From Candidatus Moanibacter sp. (lineage in GTDB: Bacteria > Verrucomicrobiota > Verrucomicrobiia > Opitutales > UBA2987), in the NCBI GenBank assembly GCA_965215885.1, contig CBDCEW010000056.1, positions 1 to 15,435 on the forward strand: a stretch of DNA of 15,435 nt, given 5' to 3'. The translations under genes were made by a program, and so were the position numbers. The notes beneath the pieces were generated by a model. That model had not been told where the DNA came from, did not search any database, and saw nothing but the letters and a program-made list of their open reading frames with translations. Position 1 is the first letter of the stretch, and every line of letters begins with the position of its first letter. Of this stretch, positions 8,223-15,435 are shown one piece after another.

Positions 8223-8982
8223 TCTCGTCTTGGGATATTTTGTGCACACTCTTGGGGTTGAAAGTCTGGCTGGTATTGACACGCAGCGCCACTTCAATCC
8301 GGCCGCCCGTTAAGACGAAAAACTGGATAAGAAATCCGCCCCCCTGCATCGCTTCAATCTGGTATTCGCTTTCATCCAAGTCACCCAACGAGGACTGGAG
8401 TTGCCCTTCAAACTCCGGATGATCGATCGCCTCCTGAGGCAGGGCCATGATGAGGGTTCCGGGCGGTTCTCCTACTGCTGCTCCAATCGCGTCTCGAGTT
8501 TCAACCATGAATGGAATGACCTTAGCGGAGTACTCAAAATCGTCAGCACGTGCCCTTTCCGGAGGGACAATCCCCCAAGTCATGTGGTGTATAAAGGGAT
8601 TCCCGTATCCTTGCGACATCATGTGGTCCCGCGCCTCATCGTCCACCGGATGCACTACCGCGACATAGTCAAACCACCCCTCGCGCCGAGCCGGGCTATC
8701 GTCGGGAAGCCCGGAAGGGACGTTGATGTAGTCGCATCCGTCCACGGGAGAGGGGTAGCACCGTGTATCCCAGCCTGAAATGTAACCGATCTCCTTTAAT
8801 GGCCCGGCTACAAGATGGGGCGGATCCACAAAGATTGCCGCATGATCGGGATTGGGCAATAGTGGGACGCCCGCACGGGCGATTTTTTCGGCGACCTCCA
8901 AGGCCTCTTGGAGCCGCTCGGACGCGTTTGGAATCTTGAGATGTTCGTCAAAATTCTCAGGTAAAATAACCGAATATTCCAT
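8134..8982 (-). CDS. Hypothetical protein, probable VOC/HPPD-like metalloenzyme
   Basis: Strong SD (GGAGGGAGGAG) before ATG 8982 (MEYSVILPENF). Motifs PDHAAIFV, GNPFIHHMTWG and FLIQFF...RIEVALR resemble a His-His-Glu VOC metal site. Confidence 0.75.
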   Translation of the reverse strand: MEYSVILPENFDEHLKIPNASERLQEALEVAEKIARAGVPLLPNPDHAAIFVDPPHLVAGPLKEIGYISGWDTRCYPSPVDGCDYINVPSGLPDDSPARREGWFDYVAVVHPVDDEARDHMMSQGYGNPFIHHMTWGIVPPERARADDFEYSAKVIPFMVETRDAIGAAVGEPPGTLIMALPQEAIDHPEFEGQLQSSLGDLDESEYQIEAMQGGGFLIQFFVLTGGRIEVALRVNTSQTFNPKSVHKISQDEISAVQDLPEIPPGSRRGRESSSDRLRALR

Positions 8983-9061
8983 GAATATGCTCCTCCCTCC
9001 ATAATTCTGGATTCGAGAATGGACGAAAGCAAGGCAAAGGTGGTAGTGTGATCTCCGTGGG

Positions 9062-10957
9062 CAGGGTAAAAGGATTCCAGGAAGCAACTAGCTGATAAGC
9101 AAGAAGATAAAAAAAGAGCTAAACAAACCCGAGGGAATCAGTCATGTTAAGATGGGATGAAAGACAAAAAATCTTACCAACTGAATCCTTCGATAGATCG
9201 TTTAACTCTGCGTCTGGTCCTGCCCGAAGAGCAGGAGCGATTCAATGATCTATTGAAACAACATCATTATTTACACAGTGCGGGCAGCGCAGGAGAGACC
9301 CTGCGCTATGTGGCGCAGATCGACGGGCAATGGATGGGCCTGCTCTTGTGGGGGGCCGCATCCTACCGGCTGAAGGATCGAGACGAATGGATCGGGTGGG
9401 ACGGGGCGCAACGGCATGCACGATTGAAACTGGTAGTACAGAACCGGCGTTTTCTGATTTTGCCCGGGGTGGATCTTGCAAATTTGGCCTCCAAGACGTT
9501 GGGTATGTGCCTCTGAGAGTCTTAGCCGATCACTGGCAGGAGGCTTTTGGCTATCGTCCCTTAGTAGCGGAAACGTTCGTGGACCCACAGATTCACCGGG
9601 GCACTTGCTACGAAGCGAGCGGGTGGACGCCCTTGGGCTTGAGCGCGGGATATGGCCGCCAACGCGAAGATTTCTATCAACGCCATGAGCGTCCCAAGCA
9701 GATCTGGGTCAAACCCCTCAAGGCTAATGCCCTTGAGCTTTTGCGCGCTTCAGGGCCATTGCCCGCGGCACAGAGCCAGGCGCTCAATGAAACCGATAAC
9801 TCCCATGCGGTCTGCCTCAAAGTGGAACAGATGAGCAGCCTGTGGGAACGCTTCAATCAGATAGAAGACTTCCGTCGTAAAGCGGGCCTTAGATATCGGC
9901 TCGCCACGGTCCTGAGCATGATTGTGCTCGGCACGATGTGCGGCAAACAGACCCTCAAGGGCATCGTGCGCCTGGCCCATCATCTCAATCAAGCCCAATT
10001 GCGCGCCTTACGCTCCTGGAAAAACCCCAAAACAGGCCGCTATAAGGCCCCTTGCTATGATGTCTTCTATCGGGTCTTGCAAAACGTAAAGGCCGAGCTC
10101 TTCGATAAAACCCTCACCGAATTCATCTGCTTACAAGACGGCTGTTTGCCCCGCGATATTGCCGTCGACGGCAAGACCCTCAAAGGCACAAACACCGAAG
10201 AATCAAAGGCTCTGCACCTGGTGGCCGCAGTCGATCACCAAAGCGCTCAAACCTTAGCCCAAGTCGCTACCGCCGATAAATCCAACGAGATCACCGCCGC
10301 CCAGACTCTCTTGCGAAAGATGCCCATTTTGGACGGCTCCACCTTCACCTTCGACGCCATGCATAATCAAAAAGAAACTGCCCACATCGTCGTCGAAGAA
10401 CTCAGTGCTGACTATGTTATTCAAATTAAAGACAATCAGCCCAACATGCATCAATACGCTCAGAATCTCTTCAGCTCCACCCCCTTTTTCTCCACCAAAC
10501 CGTGGACAATGACCATGGGCGACTCGAAATACGTCAAATAGCAACCCATTCTCTAAGCGCTCCCTCTGCCGGCCTGCCCCATGCCCGCCAGTTCGCCTGT
10601 GTGCAACGCACCTTCCATTATCCAAACAAAGCTGAACCTTCCTCTGAACGCTCTTACTACGTAAGCAGTCTCGATCCCGCCGATTTGAGCCCTCAACAGT
10701 TCCTCTCGAAAATTCGCAACCATTGGTCGATCGAAAATAAAAATCATTACCCCAGGGATCGCTTCTTCGATGAAGATCGATGTATGATCCGTAATCATAA
10801 CGCAGCCAGAATTCTTGCTGCATGCAGGCAACTGGTTCTCAGCCTCAAGTCTTCCATGGGCGCTGAATCCACTCCCGCACTCTGTGATGATTTCGTCTTT
10901 AACTTACATAAGGCCATCAATATCATCACCTAATGCTCCGAGAATCAAAATACCGTG
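9062..10957 (+). mobile_element. ISAs1-family insertion sequence, 1,896 bp
   Basis: 10-bp target duplication TCTCCGTGGG at 9052-9061 and 10958-10967. Ends are CAGGGTAAAAGGATTC / CACGGTATTTTGATTC (11/16). A CAGGG end and 10-bp DR are typical of ISAs1. Confidence 0.92.
9157..10933 (+). pseudogene. DUF4338-domain / ISAs1 transposase fusion split over three frames
   Basis: DUF4338-like part: HHYL, RDEWIGW, RFLILP, ETFVDP..HRGTCYEASGW. ISAs1 part: DFRRKAGLRYRL, IAVDGKTLKG, KSNEI, TFDAMH, IKDNQP, HGRLEIR, IRNHWSIENKNHYPRD..FDED. Frameshifts at about 9511-9514 and 10480-10489. Confidence 0.9.
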
Positions 10958-11043
10958 TCTCCGTGGGCGCTCCTATGATAGCGAGGCTAATTTTGGCACC
11001 CCGTAATCTCTAAACCGGAAATCTCTGAGAAAAGCGGGCTGAA

Positions 11044-12852
11044 ATGGCAAAAGGGAAAAAGCGCAGACGGACGCCCAGGCAGAAGCCGAGAGATAAGTGG
11101 TTTGCCCGCTATGAACGGCTGAAGAGTCTGATCGAAAAGGGAAGGCCGTCGACCTACCGCAAAATTGACGATCCGGAATTGGTGAGATGGATGGACGAAC
11201 AGCGCGCCAATCGTGCGGATGGTCGTTTGGGTGAAAAGAAAACCGAGCTTCTCAAGGCGATCCGGTTTCCATGGAAACCGAGCGATCCTAAACGCAAGTC
11301 GGCTTCTCGTCGAACCCGGCGAAAAAAGGCCAGACGCGGACCTTCCCTGGAGGAGAGATGGGAGAATAAAGCGAAGCGGCTTGATACTATCTTCAGGGGG
11401 CTTCCGCCAGCTTTAAAGGAGGAAGAGAGTTGGTCGCAAAATTATTCTGGATGGGATGGCCTCCAAACTTGGGTGCATCAGCAGAGGAATCGCTACGCGA
11501 AAGGCAAATTGGAGCCAAAAAGAATCGAGCGATTAAATCGGATCAATTTCGATTGGCGGAGGCTATCAAGGAGCGATATCAGTTGGGAACGACGCTTCCT
11601 CGAGCTTCTGGAATTGGAAGCGAAGAATCCGCATCCACGATTTTGGGATACGCCCGAGACTCAGGAACTCGCACGCTGGGTTTGGCGCGAAAGCCTCAGT
11701 TTTCGAAAAGGAGAAGTTCATCCTGAGAGAGCCAGGCGACTCGCCGCTCTGGGTGTGGATTTGTGCGGTCCTCCTGTTGCTGAGCACGCCAGTTTGGATG
11801 TATTGTTCCAGCGGCTACTCACCTACAAGGAGGAATACGGAGATGTGGATGTTCCCAGGAATTACCGGAAAGATCGGCTGCTGGGTCAGTGGGTTGGCCG
11901 AATTCGCAATCGGAAAAAGCATGGTCGATTGGCGCCGGAGTTCATCCGGAGGCTTGAGGAAGTAGGATTCAAATGGAAAGCCGAGAATGTGATTCCTCAG
12001 GCTTGGTACGATAGCTACAGGAAGCTGCTTGCGTTTTACCGGCAGCACGGGCACGTCCATGTTCCGCGGGAAAATCGAAGATTGAGGGCATGGTTAATCC
12101 AACAACGCGTCTTCCTGCGTGCGGGAAAACTCAACCCCAAGAAGGTGGCTCTTCTGGAAAAGATTCCGATCGAGGAGGGGGTAAATAAATCTCGCACGGA
12201 TGCCTGGAAGGAGCGCTACGAAGAAATCAAGACAATCATGGGAGAGCGAGGATGGAGTCGATTACCCACCGGTGCGCAGATTGGCACAAAACTCACCAAA
12301 TGGCTCACGAACCAGCGAATCGGGCGGCGTAGCGGAAAACTCGCAACCGAGAGAGTTCGATTGCTGGATGAAATCGGAATGAATTGGAATCCGGAAAAAT
12401 GGGTCAAGCGCGACTGGCAAGAGAGTTATAAGAGACTTTGCGCATTCAATAAGAAATATGGCCACGCCCGTGTTACACGCAGCCATCCGGATAAGGGGCT
12501 CGCGTCTTATGTTGATCGACAGCGGCTCTTCTATCGAAAAGGGAAGCTGCATCGGGAGAGAGTCCGCCTACTCGAGAAGATCGGGTTCCAGTGGTCTGTA
12601 GCCGACCAGGTACGGCCGGAGTGGATGGCGCACTACCGGAGGCTTAAAGACTATTACGGCGAGCACGGCCACAGTTACCTACCCCGAATACATACCACGG
12701 ATCAACCGCTTGCCGAATTCGTGTGGCAGCAGAAACGGCGCTACAGAAAGGGCAAGCTGCTCGACGAGCATATTCGGCTATTGAAGGAGGTCGCCTTTGC
12801 CCTTCCAGACGTTCCTTCCGCCACGAACATTGCACCAAACCTTCTACTATGA
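11044..12852 (+). CDS. Helicase-associated (HA) domain repeat protein, eight repeats, no helicase core
   Basis: Eight ~60-70 aa repeats of W...Y..L..(F/Y)...HGH..VP....L..WV..QR.....GKL...R...L..IGF.W. No Walker A or DExH motifs seen. Confidence 0.88.
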   Translation: MAKGKKRRRTPRQKPRDKWFARYERLKSLIEKGRPSTYRKIDDPELVRWMDEQRANRADGRLGEKKTELLKAIRFPWKPSDPKRKSASRRTRRKKARRGPSLEERWENKAKRLDTIFRGLPPALKEEESWSQNYSGWDGLQTWVHQQRNRYAKGKLEPKRIERLNRINFDWRRLSRSDISWERRFLELLELEAKNPHPRFWDTPETQELARWVWRESLSFRKGEVHPERARRLAALGVDLCGPPVAEHASLDVLFQRLLTYKEEYGDVDVPRNYRKDRLLGQWVGRIRNRKKHGRLAPEFIRRLEEVGFKWKAENVIPQAWYDSYRKLLAFYRQHGHVHVPRENRRLRAWLIQQRVFLRAGKLNPKKVALLEKIPIEEGVNKSRTDAWKERYEEIKTIMGERGWSRLPTGAQIGTKLTKWLTNQRIGRRSGKLATERVRLLDEIGMNWNPEKWVKRDWQESYKRLCAFNKKYGHARVTRSHPDKGLASYVDRQRLFYRKGKLHRERVRLLEKIGFQWSVADQVRPEWMAHYRRLKDYYGEHGHSYLPRIHTTDQPLAEFVWQQKRRYRKGKLLDEHIRLLKEVAFALPDVPSATNIAPNLLL

Positions 12853-12955
12853 TCCAGGCGTGCCGGAATCTCGCTACGAATGGCGCTAAGATAAACGATT
12901 GGAAGCTCGACTTCCGCTGAGCGCATTGTCGTGAACTTTGTCGATAAAGAGAATA

Positions 12956-13093
12956 CCCACGGATGCAGTAGCCATCCCACTGTTCCTTGCGGTGGACTAT
13001 GGATGAAGGAGTAAATCCCAACTGAGACTCTATTCGAGGTGGGACTTGTGTTGACCGGCAGGCACAGTGGGATTGGGCGGAGCCCACCGTGGG
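12956..13093. repeat. Nested inverted-repeat element (~138 bp)
   Basis: CCCACGG (12956-12962) pairs with CCGTGGG (13087-13093). 12974-12993 pairs with 13054-13073 (17/20; ATCCCACTGT/ACAGTGGGAT perfect). Confidence 0.75.
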
Positions 13094-13379
13094 AAAAATC
13101 TTAAAAGAGAGTCCTGAAACATTGACTTCACTGCCAACTAATTGACTATAAGTAAATTACGAAATTCAAGTTAGCGTGTATGCGCTGAGCGGGACCCGCG
13201 CTACTGTTTCTGTGCTCTGGCTAATGGCCGGCATCTTAGCGCCATTTCAGTCTCGCTACGAAGTGTGGTGCAATGTCCGGGCTAGACAAGCGAGCAAGTG
13301 ACTTTTTTTCCGCCTCGATTATCAGCTTCTTTTTCGTATAAATTAGGAGAGGAGAACTGATAGCCGGATTATTTTCGCC

Positions 13380-13955
13380 GTGAAAACCGATCAAATGGGT
13401 GTCGATGAGTTGCTTATGCAGCTCGTAGCACGTGGAGATGAGGCTTCACTGGAAAGGCTCTATGAGAGGCATGGTCGAGTGATTTATAGCCTCTCCCTTC
13501 ACATTGTGGGGAATATTCCCGACGCTGAAGAGGTTACGCAGGAGATCTTTCTCAAGCTCTGGATGAAGGCCGGTAGTTTCGACGTTTCGAAAGGGAGTGC
13601 ATTTCCATGGCTTATGTCGATGGCTCGCCGACATGCCATCGATCGAACTCGATCAAAGAGGTACAAAGCGCAAAAACGGGAACTGGCATTCGAGACCCTG
13701 GAATGGACTGATTCTTTTTCAGATGCGACGGAGGATGATGGAGGAACAGTTACCCGGAATGAGGAAGAAAGAGCCGTTAGGAAGGCTTTAGGCAGCCTTC
13801 CGGAGCAGTATCAGCAGGTCATCGTTCTGGCCTTTTTTGAAGGTTTATCTCACTCAAAAATCGCCACAAGACTGGCCCAGCCCCTGGGTTCAGTGAAAAC
13901 GAGAATCCGCAAAGCGATGGGCGAACTTCGTATTCTATTAGATGGGAAGTTTTGA
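13380..13955 (+). CDS. ECF RNA polymerase sigma factor (SigK-like)
   Basis: Region 2 (DAEEVTQEIFLKLW, WLMSMARRHAIDR) and region 4 (LAFFEGLSHSKIATRLAQPLGSVKTRIR), with an adjacent anti-sigma. The start (GTG 13380 vs ATG 13395) is uncertain. Confidence 0.93.
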   Translation: MKTDQMGVDELLMQLVARGDEASLERLYERHGRVIYSLSLHIVGNIPDAEEVTQEIFLKLWMKAGSFDVSKGSAFPWLMSMARRHAIDRTRSKRYKAQKRELAFETLEWTDSFSDATEDDGGTVTRNEEERAVRKALGSLPEQYQQVIVLAFFEGLSHSKIATRLAQPLGSVKTRIRKAMGELRILLDGKF

Positions 13956-13959
13956 AATC

Positions 13960-14697
13960 ATGAAACACGAAGAAGCGAAAGATCTATTGCCAGGCTATAC
14001 TTTGGGTACTTTAGATGATGAGGAGCTTGTTTCATTGGAAGCGCATCTCGGTTCGGGGTGTAGTGAGTGCGAAACCGCCTTGAAGGAACTCTCTGAACTG
14101 GCTTCCCGGTTGGCCTACGCCGCTCCCCAAGTAGAACCGGATCGAGACCTCAAAGAACGAGTTATGGCGAAGATGGGAGAGTCCCGTGCGAATACCAGGG
14201 TCTATTCCTTGCTCAGGCGCCGTCTTGAGTGGATATTTGCCGGGGTAGCCGCGGCAGTGGTGGTGGGGCTCAGCATTTTTGCCGTGAAACTAAAACAGGA
14301 AAACGTGCGCCTTGAACAAAGATTGTTGGAAGCGGAAGACATTACGGCTGTTCTCAGTTCAGCGGGAGTGCAGTTCGCTTCCTTGAAAGGTGTGGGTCCC
14401 AACGAACAGGCCTTTGGTAAGGTTGTTCTCGATCCCGAACAGGGTGCAGCCGTTGTTTACATGTACCAGCTTCCTCAAACACCGCAGGGTATGGAATATC
14501 AGCTCTGGGTCATGCGAGAGGACCGGCCAACCAGCGCCGGAGTATTCAGGGTGACCGAAGATGGAAGCGCCGTGCTGAAGTTGAGTGATCTTGCCGTGAC
14601 CGGTAGAATCGCATCGTTTCAGGTGACGATCGAGTCGGAAGGAGGGCAAGTGGAGCCAACAGGCATGATGTATCTGACGGGACCGGTCGTGCGTTAG
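13960..14697 (+). CDS. Anti-sigma factor, RskA-type with N-terminal zinc-binding (ZAS-like) domain
   Basis: H...LLPGYTLGTL...HLGSGCSEC, one transmembrane helix (WIFAGVAAAVVVGLSIFAV), and C-terminal YQLW...SAGVF...VTIE..GG..PTG. ATG 13960 follows the sigma stop by 4 nt. Confidence 0.92.
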   Translation: MKHEEAKDLLPGYTLGTLDDEELVSLEAHLGSGCSECETALKELSELASRLAYAAPQVEPDRDLKERVMAKMGESRANTRVYSLLRRRLEWIFAGVAAAVVVGLSIFAVKLKQENVRLEQRLLEAEDITAVLSSAGVQFASLKGVGPNEQAFGKVVLDPEQGAAVVYMYQLPQTPQGMEYQLWVMREDRPTSAGVFRVTEDGSAVLKLSDLAVTGRIASFQVTIESEGGQVEPTGMMYLTGPVVR

Positions 14698-14795
14698 GAA
14701 TCTGTCGGTCTCAGCTTTGCGACTTTTCGGATCGCACGTGCTTACCGTGTGCATTCGTAGATCACGGCCGATTCCACCACCGACATCTTCCTAGT

Positions 14796-14817
14796 CGCTC
14801 TGCCGAGCGGCAGAGCG
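14796..14817. repeat. GC-rich palindrome (REP-like or terminator-like hairpin)
   Basis: CGCTCTGCCG-AG-CGGCAGAGCG, ~100 bp downstream of the anti-sigma stop. No U-tract. Confidence 0.55.
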
Positions 14818-14980
14818 GGTGCGACGAGTTGGCAGTGAGCCCATCATCGAACTGCTCACGATTTTCAACGGGTTTCCCGGTGAAAATCCAAGTCCTTTCG
14901 AGGGCGGAAATTGTCGATCCAGGAGTTCCTGCTTGGCAGATCAGATATCGTTCTCGTTCTCGAAATCGCGAGAACGATTA

Positions 14981-15311
14981 CGAGAACGAGCACGAATTGT
15001 AGGAGCCTGTCGCACGGCAGAGTCCCGCCAAGATCCGCATCAGGTTTCACCCTACCGTACGTCTTTTCTCTCACATCGAGCGACGAAAGATCACGACTAA
15101 GAGCATGCACGGTAAGTTCGATCGCGGGGTAAACCCGCTCCTACAACCCTGGCGGGTGTGCGATTAGAAATTCCAAATGTAGGAGCGGGTTTACCCCGCG
15201 ATCTTTACTTCGAACCAAAGCTCTTGCGACCCACCAGCAGTTCGAGCACGAGAACGAATTGAAGGAGCTTGCCGTACGGGAGAGTCCCGCCTAGATCCGC
15301 TCCAGGTTTCA
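14981..15311 (+). repeat. 69-bp imperfect direct repeats (14981-15049, 15243-15311)
   Basis: 59/69 identical by manual alignment. Each begins with CGAG(A/C)A hexamers; copy 1 overlaps a hexamer hairpin at 14948-14995. Confidence 0.9.
15120..15203. repeat. GTAG-type REP doublet (REPIN)
   Basis: Perfect 26-bp inverted pair GATCGCGGGGTAAACCCGCTCCTACA (15120-15145) / TGTAGGAGCGGGTTTACCCCGCGATC (15178-15203) with a 32-bp spacer. Each arm is a GTAG tetranucleotide plus an internal palindrome. Confidence 0.92.
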
Positions 15312-15399
15312 TACATGTTTGATCCAACGGCATCCTGCACGCCGGGGTGTCCTCAAGCATCCGTATTTCTTCTCCTTTCGAAGAGTTGGTCAAATCCAA

Positions 15400-15435
15400 T
15401 TAGGCATACTCTTCGTAGTACTTAATTGGAAGAGC
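15400..15435 (-). CDS. Possible 3' end of a gene entering from beyond the window
   Basis: Reads ALPIKYYEEYA* to TAA at 15400-15402. Too short to verify. Confidence 0.3.
   Translation of the reverse strand, partial: ALPIKYYEEYA

Noticed and set aside
9157..9760. Druantia anti-phage system
   Set aside because: The DUF4338 domain is inside an IS and fused to the transposase; no DruE helicase or other dru genes are present.
5018..10957. Composite transposon carrying the racemase and VOC-like gene
   Set aside because: The two IS are unrelated and each has its own TSD, so they are independent insertions.
14819..15399. ORFs in the terminal repeat region
   Set aside because: They translate hexamer/REP repeats (VLVLVIV, RERLRER); there is no coding evidence.

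Overview
Bacterial accessory-rich window. From left to right it holds the 5' 837 codons of glutamate synthase large subunit (gltB, minus strand, running off the edge), translationally coupled to an upstream LysR regulator that has a LysR-type operator. Next comes a ~1.3 kb repeat-built cassette: two identical 59-bp direct repeats bracket a start-less four-helix-bundle (23S-IVP/bAvd-like) gene and inverted 12-mer arrays, followed by tandem ~105-bp hairpin units. After that are a 2,373-bp IS (CAG ends, 6-bp TSD, frameshifted large DDE transposase), an Asp/Glu racemase, a convergent HPPD/VOC-like hypothetical protein, and a 1,896-bp ISAs1-type element (10-bp TSD) with a DUF4338-fused transposase split by two frameshifts. 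The right end carries a stand-alone protein of eight helicase-associated (HA) repeats, a palindrome-rich intergenic region, an ECF sigma/RskA-type anti-sigma pair and a REP/REPIN cluster. The most unusual elements are the four-helix-bundle repeat cassette, the HA-repeat protein and the HPPD-like enzyme. All family calls come from motif recognition by eye, without database searches.
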